DNA from: a bacterium
GTDB lineage: Bacteria > Elusimicrobiota > Elusimicrobia > UBA1565 > UBA9628
Direction of reading: 5' to 3'
Assembly (NCBI GenBank): GCA_021822495.1
Contig: JAKAQO010000001.1
Location: 264,808 to 328,807, forward strand
DNA length: 64,000 nucleotides
The position numbers and the translations under genes are program-made. Positions within the stretch are counted from its first letter, which is position 1. Each line of letters opens with the position of its first letter. Under the pieces are notes generated by a model. The model was not told where the DNA came from. It saw only the letters and a list, made by a program, of their open reading frames with translations, and made no database searches. Of this stretch, positions 9,637 through 20,129 are shown piece after piece.

Positions 9637-10646
9637 CAGAAGTTAGAGACAGTCCCCAATTTCCTCCTATTCTTGAAGTCAAAAATATCCGGAAATTTTT
9701 CTCATCCAAAGCGGGAATCTTTGGAAGCCCTAAAACCGTCCGCGCTCTCGACGGGATTTCTCTCTCGGTTCAAAGAGGAAAGACGCTGGGAATCGTGGGA
9801 GAATCCGGATGCGGGAAAACGACCCTGGGCAGAATTCTCGCGGCGCTTGAAACTCCAACGGAGGGGCAAATTTTCTACGAAGGCCGCGAAATCCAGAGCC
9901 TTAAGGGCCGGGAACTAAAAAAATTCAGGAAAGAAGTTCAAATCATCTTCCAAGACCCCTACGCAAGCCTCGATCCGAGAATGACGATTTTCGAAATTTT
10001 AAGCGAACCCTTTATTATTCACGGAGAATGGGACTCCGCCGAAACTCCTAAACGTTTATTGAAGCTCGCTTCAACCTGTGGAATCTCCCAGAGCCATTTT
10101 TCCCGCTACCCGCACGAATTTTCGGGCGGACAAAGACAAAGAGTGGGAATCGCCCGAGCCTTGGCCTTAAACCCGAAACTTGTCATCTGCGATGAACCGG
10201 TGAGCGCACTGGATGTTTCCATTCAGGCTCAAATTCTCAATCTGCTCAAGGACCTCCAGGAAGAAATGGGACTCACCTATGTTTTCATCTCGCATGATTT
10301 TTCGGTCGTCCGGCATCTCTGCGATGAAATCGCGGTCATGTATTTAGGCCGCGTTGTCGAGTCCGCCAAGGCCGACGAAATTTTTTCAAACTCCCAGCAT
10401 CCATACACCGAAGCCCTTTTGTCGGCCATCCCTCTGACCGACCCCGAAAAACAAAAATCGCGAAAGCGCATCATCCTCTCAGGAGATATTCCAAGCCCGC
10501 TCAACCCTCCCGCCGGATGTCCGTTTCATCCCCGTTGCCGTTATACCGAAAACTCGTGTCGCGAAAATGTGCCCGCTCTTTCAGAAATCTCTTCTAACCA
10601 TTTGATTTCTTGCCCCGTTCGCCCGCTCGCAAAAGTTCCTTCATAA
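9633..10646 (+). CDS. oppF: Oligopeptide/dipeptide ABC transporter ATP-binding protein (OppF/DppF-like)
   Basis: 'GESGCGKTT', 'FSGGQRQRVGIARAL', 'VICDEPVSALD'. Overlaps the oppD stop (ATGA). Confidence 0.8.
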   Translation: MTEVRDSPQFPPILEVKNIRKFFSSKAGIFGSPKTVRALDGISLSVQRGKTLGIVGESGCGKTTLGRILAALETPTEGQIFYEGREIQSLKGRELKKFRKEVQIIFQDPYASLDPRMTIFEILSEPFIIHGEWDSAETPKRLLKLASTCGISQSHFSRYPHEFSGGQRQRVGIARALALNPKLVICDEPVSALDVSIQAQILNLLKDLQEEMGLTYVFISHDFSVVRHLCDEIAVMYLGRVVESAKADEIFSNSQHPYTEALLSAIPLTDPEKQKSRKRIILSGDIPSPLNPPAGCPFHPRCRYTENSCRENVPALSEISSNHLISCPVRPLAKVPS

Positions 10647-10660
10647 GATATAATTTCACA

Positions 10661-12094
10661 ATGGATGAATTAGGAACCGCTCCCGCCGCCCACGCCGTTC
10701 AGCCAACAGAACACTCGCATAAAAAACCGGGCGAGTGGTTTGGGCACCCCAAAGGCCTTTACGTTCTTTTCTTTACCGAAATGTGGGAACGGTTTTCTTA
10801 TTACGGAATGCGCGCGCTATTGGTTCTCTACATGGTCAAGATTTTGATCTTGGACGCCAATAAAGGGATGACCATTTTTGGATACAACTCCGTCCGACAT
10901 TTCGTTCAGTGGTCGGTCGGCCTTTTTGGCGTTCACAACCCCCTCTCAGTCCAAGCCCTGGCTTCTCAAATTTACGGCCTCTATACCGGCTTTGTTTATT
11001 TCACTCCCTTTTTTGGCGGAATCCTGGCCGACCGGGTTTTCGGCCAGAGAAAATCGGTCTATATCGGCGGAATTTTGATGAGCATCGGGCACTTCCTGAT
11101 GGCCAGCGAGCGCTTTTTCTTCTTCGCGCTTTTCTTTTTAATCCTGGGAAACGGCTGCTTTAAGCCGAACATCTCAACCCAGGTCGGTAATTTATATCCC
11201 GAGGGCGACCCCCGCCGCGATTCGGCTTTTACCATTTTCTACATGGGAATTAATCTGGGAGCCTTTTTTTCTCCCTTGGTCTGTGGAACCCTTGGACAAC
11301 TGGTCGGATGGGATTGGGGTTTTGGCGCGGCGGGAGTCGGCATGGTCTCTGGACTTTTGATCTACCATTTCGGACGGCATCTCCTGCCGGAAGACCGCAT
11401 GATGAAAAAATCCGATGGCGCCGAGGCCGCGGAACCTCAAAAAATAACTTCCCAGGAGTGGAAAGCGATTGCGTCTTTAATTTTTCTCTGCATCGTCAAC
11501 ATCGTTTTCTGGGCCGTTTACGAACAGCAAGGAAACACGATGCAGCTTTGGGCGGATCAAAACACGAGATGGAATTTCTTCGGCTTCACTTTTCCTTCCA
11601 GCTGGTATCAGTCCTTTAACCCGATTTTCATTTTTCTCTTCGCCCCATTTTTGGATAAATTCTGGGAATGGCAGGACAGCCACGGCGGAGAACCCACGAC
11701 CGTCAACAAGATGGGCATCGGTTGCGTTTTACTTGGGCTTTCCTTTGTCGTCATGATTTTCGCCTCAAAACTCGTCGGCCCCGCCCAGCGCGGAAGCCTT
11801 TTGTGGCTGGTTTCAAGTTCCGCCATTCTCACCGTGGGCGAGCTTTATTTGTCTCCGATCGGGTTATCTCTCGTCACCAAGGTCTCTCCGGCCCGCATGG
11901 TTTCGATGATGATGGGAATGTGGTTTCTCTCGAGCTTTTTCGGCGATTACCTCTCCGGGTTTATCGGCGGCTTTTACGGAACGATGACGAAAGAAACTTT
12001 TTTCGCCTTGATGACCGGGCTTGGCATTGGCGCCGGACTTATATTCTTTGCCGCCAATCAACCCCTTAAAAAAATATTAGAACATGAGGTTTAA
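10661..12094 (+). CDS. Proton-dependent oligopeptide transporter (POT/PTR2 family)
   Basis: POT signature 'ERFSYYGMRALLVLY' and multiple TM segments. Start trimmed to an ATG clear of the oppF stop. Confidence 0.8.
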   Translation: MDELGTAPAAHAVQPTEHSHKKPGEWFGHPKGLYVLFFTEMWERFSYYGMRALLVLYMVKILILDANKGMTIFGYNSVRHFVQWSVGLFGVHNPLSVQALASQIYGLYTGFVYFTPFFGGILADRVFGQRKSVYIGGILMSIGHFLMASERFFFFALFFLILGNGCFKPNISTQVGNLYPEGDPRRDSAFTIFYMGINLGAFFSPLVCGTLGQLVGWDWGFGAAGVGMVSGLLIYHFGRHLLPEDRMMKKSDGAEAAEPQKITSQEWKAIASLIFLCIVNIVFWAVYEQQGNTMQLWADQNTRWNFFGFTFPSSWYQSFNPIFIFLFAPFLDKFWEWQDSHGGEPTTVNKMGIGCVLLGLSFVVMIFASKLVGPAQRGSLLWLVSSSAILTVGELYLSPIGLSLVTKVSPARMVSMMMGMWFLSSFFGDYLSGFIGGFYGTMTKETFFALMTGLGIGAGLIFFAANQPLKKILEHEV

Positions 12095-12095
12095 T

Positions 12096-13700
12096 ATGAC
12101 AAAAAAAATTCTGGTTCTTCTCCTGACCGCAACTCTTCTTAATTCTCCCGCTTTTGCCGCGAAAAAAGACAAAAAGAAGGGAGAAAAGCCCTCTCCAGAG
12201 GCCGTTCCGACGATCGGTTTTTTTAAGCCCACCCAAAAAATCACGACCGGTTCCGTGACCATCGGAAAGAAACGCATTGATTATGAAGCCGTAGCCGGAA
12301 CGCTGGTCGTTCATCCCAAGGGCTATGACGACGTTCTTCCGCCCACGGGTTCAAAAGCCCTCAAGGATGAAACCAAAAATCCCCAAGCCGAAGCCTCGAT
12401 TTTCTATGTCGCCTACTTTAAAAAGGGCGAAAAGCCAAACGCTCGCCCCATCACTTTCCTTTATAACGGCGGGCCCGGATCCTCAAGCGTCTGGCTTCAC
12501 ATGGGAGCCTTTGGCCCCAAAAGAGTCGTAACTTTGGACGACACGCATACCCCCGCGGCGCCCTACTCTTTAATCGACAATCGCTACAGTCTCTTAGACG
12601 TAAGCGATCTGGTTTTCATTGACGCCCCCGGAACCGGGTTTAGCCGCATCGCCGGAAAAGACGCGGCCAAGGCTTTTTGGGGCGTGGACCAGGACGCGCA
12701 CGCCTTCGCGGAATTTATCAAGCAGTTTTTGTCCAAATACGGGCGCTGGAATTCCCCTAAATATCTCTTTGGAGAAAGCTACGGCACCACGCGCTCAGCC
12801 GTCTTAGTGGATGAACTTGAAAATGACGAGGCCATTGATTTTAACGGAGTCATTCTTCTTTCTCAAATTCTCAATTTTGACCTGAGCATTGACGGCCCGG
12901 AATCCAACCCCTCGGTTGACCTTCCCTATGAACTCGCTCTCCCCACTTATGCGGCGACAGCCTGGTTTCACCACAAAATTCCCAATCAGCCGAAAAGTTT
13001 GGACGCGTTAATTAAAGAAGTCGAAAAATTCTCGATGACCGAATACGCCCAGGCATTGACCAGGGGCTTGACGCTGAGTTCCAAGGAAAAAGACGCCATC
13101 GCCGGGCAGTTGCATAACTATACCGGTCTTCCCGTTTCCTATATCAAAAAGGCTAATCTCCGGATTGACGGCGGGGAATTTGAGAAAAATTTAGAAGACG
13201 CCGAAGGCATGACGACCGGACGCTTGGATACGCGCTTTTCCGGCCCCACCTTGGACCCTTTAAGCAAGGAGGCCAGCTACGACCCGCAAAGCGCGGCCAT
13301 TAGCTCCGCCTACGTTTCAGTCTTTAACGATTATGTCCGCAAAACCCTTCAATACGGGAAAAATAAAATCTTTAAGCCGGAGATCGACATTCCGCATTGG
13401 GATTTTACCCATAACGGCAATCCCAACACGACTAACGTCATGCCGGACTTGGCGGATGCCATGAAGCAAAACCCTAATCTCAAGATTCTCCTCAACGCCG
13501 GCTATTTTGACTTGGCGACGCCCTTCTACGAAGGGGTTTACGAAATGCGCCATCTTCAGATTCCCCGAAAACTTTTCTCAAACATCGCCTTTCATTTCTA
13601 TCAATCCGGGCACATGGTCTACGCTCATGAGCCGTCTTTAAAGGACCTCCATCAAACCGTGGCCGATTTTATCCGAAAGACGGATAATCTCAAGCCGTAA
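12096..13700 (+). CDS. Peptidase S10-family serine carboxypeptidase, secreted
   Basis: Signal peptide. 'FLYNGGPGSSSVW' (GGPGxSS) and 'FGESYGT' (GESY active-site Ser) motifs. GAGG RBS before the second ATG. Confidence 0.65.
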   Translation: MTKKILVLLLTATLLNSPAFAAKKDKKKGEKPSPEAVPTIGFFKPTQKITTGSVTIGKKRIDYEAVAGTLVVHPKGYDDVLPPTGSKALKDETKNPQAEASIFYVAYFKKGEKPNARPITFLYNGGPGSSSVWLHMGAFGPKRVVTLDDTHTPAAPYSLIDNRYSLLDVSDLVFIDAPGTGFSRIAGKDAAKAFWGVDQDAHAFAEFIKQFLSKYGRWNSPKYLFGESYGTTRSAVLVDELENDEAIDFNGVILLSQILNFDLSIDGPESNPSVDLPYELALPTYAATAWFHHKIPNQPKSLDALIKEVEKFSMTEYAQALTRGLTLSSKEKDAIAGQLHNYTGLPVSYIKKANLRIDGGEFEKNLEDAEGMTTGRLDTRFSGPTLDPLSKEASYDPQSAAISSAYVSVFNDYVRKTLQYGKNKIFKPEIDIPHWDFTHNGNPNTTNVMPDLADAMKQNPNLKILLNAGYFDLATPFYEGVYEMRHLQIPRKLFSNIAFHFYQSGHMVYAHEPSLKDLHQTVADFIRKTDNLKP

Positions 13701-14506
13701 CATAGGCTCGCGCCGTCAAATCGCGCGCGCAAGTTCTCTTTCCGTCTGGGTCTTTTGCCGGAAATTCCATAGCCCTTTGGCCCCGTGTCAACTCATTTGA
13801 AAATGTTACCGAACAGGTCATAGGCCGTTTCATCGGAGGATCTCCCTGCTTTGAGCCCATCACCCGATCCAACGGCGTTTGCGGCTTGTCAAAAACTCGC
13901 CTCGTCTTCGAACCTCGCCTGACTGTCTTAATCAGCCTGACGGAAGGCATGAATAAATTCTCAAACAGCCTCAACTCGTTTCTATAGAGATCGTTTAAGG
14001 CTTCAACGACTTCCGCAGTGTCATAGCGCACCCATTCCACACCTCACAGAACTCACCAAGAATCTCACCTTTTTCTTTCTTCCCTATCGCCTTGTGATAC
14101 CGAACATACATCTCCTTCATATATTCCCATCTCCCATTTGGACTCATCAAAATGACCTCCCGATCCCCGCTGGAGACATTCAGGAATGATCATACCATCC
14201 TCTTTTTTCGGTAACATTTTGTATGAGGCGACCGTCCCTCCTTCGGTAACTTTAGCATGAGGCGATGCGTCCACTGTTTTTTCGGCCCAGAATTTGATAC
14301 CTTTTCATTGCGATTCTTCCTCCTTGGTGCGTCTTTTTCTCGACTCACTGTTGCCAAGTCGGGATGAATCGCCTCAACTTTTTTCAACTAGACTAGGGAC
14401 ATGATCTTCCAAATGTTTGCACTGAAGTTCCCCGTTGCAGCAATATATCGGTCTGTGAAAAATACTCAGACGAGTAGGACATTAAAAAGAATTAAAGGAT
14501 GATTCC

Positions 14507-14785
14507 ATGAACTGTTCCTGTAGCCGACACGTCCCGATCAAGAGCGTAATTTTTCATGGCAAATACGTCTGTCCGTGCGGTCAGGTGACTCGACCCCGCC
14601 TCAGTCGCATGATACTCGTTGCCGCGTTCATAATAATTGGATGGACAACGGATCGAATCGCGATTCTTTTCCACTTTGGAAAAGTTGCGGAATTCATGAT
14701 TGGCCTTGCGGGAACGGTTGGAATAGCCCTGCTATTCAATACAATCGGTGTTCTCTTCTTTATGCCCGGACAGAAAGAACGATAA
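14507..14785 (+). CDS. Possible small Cys-rich membrane protein (CxC…CPCG plus two TM helices) in an otherwise gene-poor segment
   Basis: 92-aa ORF with an AGGA RBS 7 nt upstream. Hydrophobic C-terminal two-thirds. No family recognised. Confidence 0.25.
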   Translation: MNCSCSRHVPIKSVIFHGKYVCPCGQVTRPRLSRMILVAAFIIIGWTTDRIAILFHFGKVAEFMIGLAGTVGIALLFNTIGVLFFMPGQKER

Positions 14786-15103
14786 TAATGGACTCGCGAT
14801 TAGGATCCGTGACAAGATAATATGGACAAATTCGGCGGCACGCTTTCTCGAAGACAGAGTATACAGGGATGGGGAAGCTCATCTTTGGCCAATTTCTGCA
14901 TTCCTGAGGAGCGAAACGAAAGCGTGCCGAATTGTCACGGAGGCTAAATGGGCGTCTGGGGCGGGAGAATTTGGTATCCGGGACATTTAACTCCAACGGG
15001 ACATGAATACGCCTTTGGCCTTGCCTTATTGGGACTCCTTCTTTTTCTTTGGATTTGGATCCTCAAGGCCTTTCGAGAATAGAACTTAAGCGAAAATGGC
15101 ATA

Positions 15104-16921
15104 ATGGGGAAAATGTCCGCGCATGATTTAAAAAGAAAACTCTGTCTTCTCCTGCCGCTTCTCGCCTTCACTAGTTGCCGCTCTAAAACGCCGTCTCAAG
15201 CGGCCTTCGATCCCACAACCTACACTTATTTAACAAGCGCGGGAACCGACAGCCTCGACCCCGCCTGGGCTTATGACACGGCCAGTGGCATGGTCATCCT
15301 CAATATTTACGAGCCCTTGTTTTTCTTTCACGGCTCTTCCGTTAAAAAACTCGACCCCTTGATCGCAACCCAGGTCCCCTCCCGCCAAAACGGGCTGATT
15401 TCAAAAGACGGGCGCGTCTATACGATTCCCATTCGTCAGGGAGTTTTATTCCAAGACGGGACCCCGATGACGCCCGAAGACGTCCGTTATTCTATTCTGC
15501 GCTTCATGCTTTTTGACCGGGACGGCGGGCCTTCGGGCCTTCTTTTACAACCTCTTTTAGGAGTCCCCAGCACTCGTGATGATAACGGGAAATTGATTCC
15601 CGGAATCGGCAAAAAAGCCTTTCGAGCGGTACGCGTTGAGGGAAACAATCTCATCTTAAGTTTGCCAAGACCCTATGCTCCGCTTCTGTCTATTCTCGCC
15701 ACCTGGGCCCCGGTCGTCTCGGAAAAATGGTCTGCCGAGCGCGGCGCCTGGGACGGAAGCCTTAAAACCTGGAAGAAATTCAATAACCCTAAAAAACAAG
15801 ATTCTCCTTTCTTTGAAAAAGCCAACGGGACCGGCGCCTTTTATCTCGGGAGATGGGACCGCAAAACCCATGAGATGCTTCTCAGTCGGAACGATCATTA
15901 TTGGAGAAAACCCTCTAGGCTTAAACGGATTGTCATTCGCGGAATTAGCGAATTTGAGACAGACAAACTTCTTTTAGAGTCAGGCCGCGCCGATTCAATA
16001 CGCGCAAGCCGCGAGCATTTATCCCAACTGGAAAAAATTCCTGGAATCCGCATTATCTCCGCTCCGGACATGGGAACCAACCCTTCCGCGTTTTTTACCT
16101 TCCACATCAGCACAACAGCCAATCCCTTTATCGGTTCTGGGAAACTAGACGGAGAGGGCATTCCGCCGGACTTTTTTTCTCATAAGAATATCCGCAAGGC
16201 CTTCGCCTATAGTTTTGACTATCAGGGATATATTAGAGACATCGAAGGGGGACAGGGCTTTCAGCCCACGGGTTGCATTCCCAACGGAATGTTGGGGCAC
16301 AATCCCAATCAAAAAACCTATCATTTTGATTTAAAGAAAGCCAAAGATTATTTTAAAAAGGCCATGGGCGGAAAAATTTGGAAAAAAGGATTTCGCTTTA
16401 CAATGGAATACCAAGCCGCTTCCGGGCCTTCCATGGCGGTCGCCCATATTTTTCAGCACAATATCGAAAGTTTAAACCCTAGATTCCGCCTGGATTTAAG
16501 ACCCATGGATTGGCCGGCCTTCTTAGACGCCCTTAATTCCGCCCGCCTTCCCATTTTTCCCATCGGCTGGATTGCGGATTATCCCGACCCCGATGATTTC
16601 GCGTTTCCCTTAATGGATTCAAAAGGCGATTATCCCTTCGCCCAAGGCTATAAGAACCCAGTGGTGGATCGATTGATTGCTAAAGCCGCCCGAGAACTCA
16701 ATCCCGAAAAACGCAAGAAACTTTATTGGGAAATTCAAAAAATTGAATATGAAGACGTTCCTCATATTCTCATTGTTGAACCGTCCGAAATTCGCGTTCA
16801 GCGCGATTGGGTCAAAGGATGGGTCTACAATCCCATTTTTCCGGATTCCCCTTCGGGCACCTATTTTTATTCAATTTATAAAGAACTCCCGAAAAATAAA
16901 AATCTAACGGCAAAAAAATGA
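15104..16921 (+). CDS. ABC transporter substrate-binding lipoprotein, family 5 (OppA/DppA-like)
   Basis: Lipobox 'LLAFTSC'. Family-5 SBP length. Conserved blocks shared with the paralogue at 49371. Confidence 0.8.
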   Translation: MGKMSAHDLKRKLCLLLPLLAFTSCRSKTPSQAAFDPTTYTYLTSAGTDSLDPAWAYDTASGMVILNIYEPLFFFHGSSVKKLDPLIATQVPSRQNGLISKDGRVYTIPIRQGVLFQDGTPMTPEDVRYSILRFMLFDRDGGPSGLLLQPLLGVPSTRDDNGKLIPGIGKKAFRAVRVEGNNLILSLPRPYAPLLSILATWAPVVSEKWSAERGAWDGSLKTWKKFNNPKKQDSPFFEKANGTGAFYLGRWDRKTHEMLLSRNDHYWRKPSRLKRIVIRGISEFETDKLLLESGRADSIRASREHLSQLEKIPGIRIISAPDMGTNPSAFFTFHISTTANPFIGSGKLDGEGIPPDFFSHKNIRKAFAYSFDYQGYIRDIEGGQGFQPTGCIPNGMLGHNPNQKTYHFDLKKAKDYFKKAMGGKIWKKGFRFTMEYQAASGPSMAVAHIFQHNIESLNPRFRLDLRPMDWPAFLDALNSARLPIFPIGWIADYPDPDDFAFPLMDSKGDYPFAQGYKNPVVDRLIAKAARELNPEKRKKLYWEIQKIEYEDVPHILIVEPSEIRVQRDWVKGWVYNPIFPDSPSGTYFYSIYKELPKNKNLTAKK

Positions 16922-17949
16922 TCAAATTTATCCTCAAACGCCTCATGATGCTCCCCCTGGTCATGCTCGGGGTCACCGCACTTTTATTTACCATCCTGCA
17001 ATTTTTGTCTCCCGATATGCGGGCCGCCCTCTACATTAAAGATCCCCGGCAGATGTCTCACTTAAACGAAATTATCCAGGAATACGGGCTTAATAAGCCA
17101 ATGCCGGTTCAATACGCCATTTGGCTTAAAGGGGTTCTCCACGGAGATCTGGGGTATAGCGAAACAGCCAAGATGCCGGTCTTAAACGCCATTCAGGCCT
17201 TTTTTCCCGCGACAGCGGAACTGGCCATCGCGGCTTTTTTCCCAACCCTCATTCTGGGCGTTTTATTTGGAGTTCTATCGGCGGTTTATAAAGACAGTTG
17301 GTTTGACCAACTGATGCGCTTTGTCGCGATTACCGGATACTCTCTCCCCAGTTTTGTCTTCGGGCTTTTTCTCCTCATGATTTTATACGGCGAATTTCAT
17401 CTTTTCCCGCCGGGACGCTATTCCATTAACGTGGATATCCTGGTTCACTCTTCTTCTTTTCATCATTACACCGGGCTTTTAAGCCTTGACGCCCTTCTCA
17501 ACGGACAATGGGACGCTTTCTTAAATATCGTCAAACACCTGGTCTTGCCCGCCACGACCTTGATCTATATTGAAATTGCCCTGATTTTGCGAATCACCCG
17601 CTCCTCCATGCTTGAGGAGATGGGAAAAGATTATGTCCGCACCGCCCGCGCCAAGGGCTTAGACGAAAAAACCGTCATTCTCAAGCACGCCCTTAAAAAC
17701 GCCTTGATTCCCGTCATCACCTTGTCGAGCCTTCTCTTTGTCGGGCTTTTGGGCGGAGTCGTCATTACCGAAACCGTTTTTGATTACCCCGGAATCGGGC
17801 ATTGGGGGGTGGTCGCGGCGCAACAGCTGGATGTGCCCGGAGTTTTGGGCTCGACCTTGCTCGCCGCTCTTTTGTTTGTGCTGGCTAATCTCGTTTCCGA
17901 CATTCTCTATGCCGTGGTGGACCCGCGAATGAGAACGGGAAATCAATAA
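16918..17949 (+). CDS. ABC transporter permease (OppB/DppB-like)
   Basis: BPD_transp_1 signature 'EMGKDYVRTARAKGL', six TM segments. ATGA overlap with the binding-protein gene. Confidence 0.8.
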   Translation: MIKFILKRLMMLPLVMLGVTALLFTILQFLSPDMRAALYIKDPRQMSHLNEIIQEYGLNKPMPVQYAIWLKGVLHGDLGYSETAKMPVLNAIQAFFPATAELAIAAFFPTLILGVLFGVLSAVYKDSWFDQLMRFVAITGYSLPSFVFGLFLLMILYGEFHLFPPGRYSINVDILVHSSSFHHYTGLLSLDALLNGQWDAFLNIVKHLVLPATTLIYIEIALILRITRSSMLEEMGKDYVRTARAKGLDEKTVILKHALKNALIPVITLSSLLFVGLLGGVVITETVFDYPGIGHWGVVAAQQLDVPGVLGSTLLAALLFVLANLVSDILYAVVDPRMRTGNQ

Positions 17950-17951
17950 GT

Positions 17952-18215
17952 TTAAGCCTTCTTGGACATCGCGCGGAACAAATCGTGAAGAAATTCTTGC
18001 GCGTTGGGCGCTCCGTGATAAGCCGCGGCCTCTTCGGGAGTTTTTTCAAGGGTGAGAAAGCATCCGGCGCAAAAAGAAATTCCGTGGCGGTCTAAAACCG
18101 GTAAAATCTCCGGGTGGCGGCAAATGAGATCAAAAAGCTGAATTTTTGCGATATTTTTTTGCGGCCTGTTTTTCTTGAGCCTCTTTAAAGCGGGCTTGCG
18201 TTTTCTTTTTTCCAT
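17952..18215 (-). CDS. DUF1858-like redox-disulfide small protein (CxGC)
   Basis: 'HPEILPVLDRHGISFCAGCFLTLEKTPEEAAAYHGAPNAQEF' matches the DUF1858 hybrid-cluster-associated domain. The Lys-rich N-terminus may be an over-extension. Confidence 0.5.
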   Translation of the reverse strand: MEKRKRKPALKRLKKNRPQKNIAKIQLFDLICRHPEILPVLDRHGISFCAGCFLTLEKTPEEAAAYHGAPNAQEFLHDLFRAMSKKA

Positions 18216-19261
18216 TCAAAAGGCCCCCGAGGGAAATTCATCGCCAGCCTAATCGCCAGATCAATATCTTCCTGGCTTGCGATTTTTTCTTTAAACGCGA
18301 GTTCCGCTTCCCCAATCAGCGCCTGGGCGATCTTGTTCCAGGATTTTTCGGCGGTAACATTGGCTGTCCCCCTCATCTCCAAGGCCATGGGGTTGACCGC
18401 GATGATTTTTCCCGATTCATAAATATAAAACCCGCGACCGGATTTTTTTCCCAGTTGTTTCAAGGCGACCAAACGCTCTTGAATCGGCTGCGGTTGAAAT
18501 CGGGCAGGCCGCCCCAAGGCTTCATAAATACTTTTGGTAATTGAGAGATTCACATCCAGGCCGATTAAATCCATCAGTTCAAACGGCCCCATCGGGACAC
18601 GTCCGATTTCTCTCGCCACTCTGTCAATTTCAAGCAGCTCCGCGCCGGACAAGACCTCGCGCTGGGACTCCAGATAATAGGGCCTCATGACACGGTTGAC
18701 GATAAAACCCGGGGTGTCTTGGACCGAAACCGCCCGTCTTTTAAGCCCTTCCTCGATAAAATCTTTCGCCGTTTTAAAAACCTCTTCTTGGGTTTGAGGC
18801 GCGCGAATCATCTCGACCAGCTTCATCGCGACCGGAGGGTTAAAGAAATGAAGCCCCAAGAATCGCCCCGGGGTTTTAAGCCCTTGACCGACATTGGAAA
18901 CCAAAAAAGACGAGGTGTTGGTGGCCCAAATCGCTTGAGGACAAACTTTTTCGATTTCAGATAAAATTTTGACCTTGACGGGCAAATCCTCGATGATGGC
19001 CTCAATGATTAGATCACAGGAAGAGAGTTCACCCAGGCTCTTGGCATAAACGATATTTTGATTTCCCCACTCCGCTCTTTCTTGAGAAATGCGATTTTTG
19101 GCGGCGGCGTTTAACAGTCCCTCCCTGATTCGGCCCGCGCCCGCGCATAAGGATTCCGGGAAAACATCCCATAAGGCGACCGGAAATTCATTTTGCAGGC
19201 ACAACTGGGCGATACCCGCGCCCATGGTCCCCGCGCCAAGAATTCCAACTCGTTCAATCAT
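18185..19261 (-). CDS. 3-Hydroxyacyl-CoA (3-hydroxybutyryl-CoA) dehydrogenase, Hbd/PaaH-like
   Basis: 'VGILGAGTMGAGIAQ' NAD-binding fold and 3HCDH N- and C-terminal domains. Start trimmed to 'MIERVGILGAG'; the ORF-track extension runs through the upstream palindromic repeat. Confidence 0.8.
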   Translation of the reverse strand: MIERVGILGAGTMGAGIAQLCLQNEFPVALWDVFPESLCAGAGRIREGLLNAAAKNRISQERAEWGNQNIVYAKSLGELSSCDLIIEAIIEDLPVKVKILSEIEKVCPQAIWATNTSSFLVSNVGQGLKTPGRFLGLHFFNPPVAMKLVEMIRAPQTQEEVFKTAKDFIEEGLKRRAVSVQDTPGFIVNRVMRPYYLESQREVLSGAELLEIDRVAREIGRVPMGPFELMDLIGLDVNLSITKSIYEALGRPARFQPQPIQERLVALKQLGKKSGRGFYIYESGKIIAVNPMALEMRGTANVTAEKSWNKIAQALIGEAELAFKEKIASQEDIDLAIRLAMNFPRGPFEWKKENASPL

Positions 19262-19285
19262 AAAAAAAGGGACAGTCCCCTTTTT
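19262..19285 (-). terminator. Palindromic element copy 2 (AAAAAGGGGACTGTCCCTTTTTTT on the minus strand), a terminator between the PaaA-like gene and hbd
   Basis: Same GGGAC(A/T)GTCCC core with flanking A/T runs, 3 nt after the PaaA-like stop and immediately 5' of the hbd ATG. Confidence 0.5.
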
Positions 19286-19287
19286 AT

Positions 19288-20115
19288 CTATCCGGGAATA
19301 AAGGGCTCTTCCGTCATCTTGGAAATTTCCGGCTTCCAATCGGGAACCTTGAGCCCAAATTGGGCGCATTTGTTTTTAACATCGGCGGCGAAAGATTGAC
19401 GAACCTCGTCATTATCCCGTTTTTTGAGCCCCAGCTTGCGGTAAATTTTATTTTTAGGAGATTCCGCCCGACCGAAAATATTCATCGTTCGCGGATACCA
19501 TTTATCGAGGGCCTTTTGGAGTTCATCGTGGGTCTTATCGTCTTTGGCCAATTTCTCGGTCCACTGATCCCCGTGCGCCATGTGCATTCCTTCTTCCTTA
19601 AAGATTCCGTCCATGACGTCGCACCAGGGCTTATAGGATGAATCCATCGCGTCTTCCAGTTGATGCCCGGCTCCCCGGTCCATGCAGAAATTAAACATGA
19701 TGAAGTCATACCAGGTCTCAATCGGATAATAAAAGATATTGACCCGCTTATCCTCGGCCACGCGCTTGGTTCCGATGTCGTCGTCTTGGACGCGCAGATT
19801 AAAATTGTGGCTTTGGTAATAATCATCCACGTTAATTCCCATTCCTTCTAAAAGACGGTACATCACCCGCGCATGGCGCACTTCATCTTTAACGATTTGG
19901 GCGACTTGCAAAGTCTCTTTAATATCCGGTGATTTCGCGATCCACGGAACGTATCCAAAAGCCCCGGCAAGCTCCGAGTCGGCCTGCATCATCATGAGAT
20001 GAGTCAAATTTTCTCGATATTCATCCGTCATTTCATCCAGCGTTTCAATCTTTTTTCCCGACGCAATCTTGGCTTGCAATTTTTCTTCTTTAACGCGCTC
20101 CGGTTCTTTGGACAT
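19288..20115 (-). CDS. Ferritin-like di-iron protein of the PaaA/PaaC (phenylacetyl-CoA epoxidase subunit) family
   Basis: 'MMMQADSELAGAFGYVPWIAKSPDIKETLQVAQIVKDEVRHARVMYRLLEGMG' fits the PF05138-type ExxH ferritin-like pattern. Confidence 0.55.
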   Translation of the reverse strand: MSKEPERVKEEKLQAKIASGKKIETLDEMTDEYRENLTHLMMMQADSELAGAFGYVPWIAKSPDIKETLQVAQIVKDEVRHARVMYRLLEGMGINVDDYYQSHNFNLRVQDDDIGTKRVAEDKRVNIFYYPIETWYDFIMFNFCMDRGAGHQLEDAMDSSYKPWCDVMDGIFKEEGMHMAHGDQWTEKLAKDDKTHDELQKALDKWYPRTMNIFGRAESPKNKIYRKLGLKKRDNDEVRQSFAADVKNKCAQFGLKVPDWKPEISKMTEEPFIPG

Positions 20116-20129
20116 AAGGCCTCCAGAAA

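Noticed and set aside
13690-14387. Minus-strand ORFs 13690..14040, 14065..14274 and 14190..14387, considered as one frameshifted pseudogene.
   Set aside because: I could not recognise any family or make a consistent join across frames. They are reported only as part of the gene-poor segment rather than as a feature.
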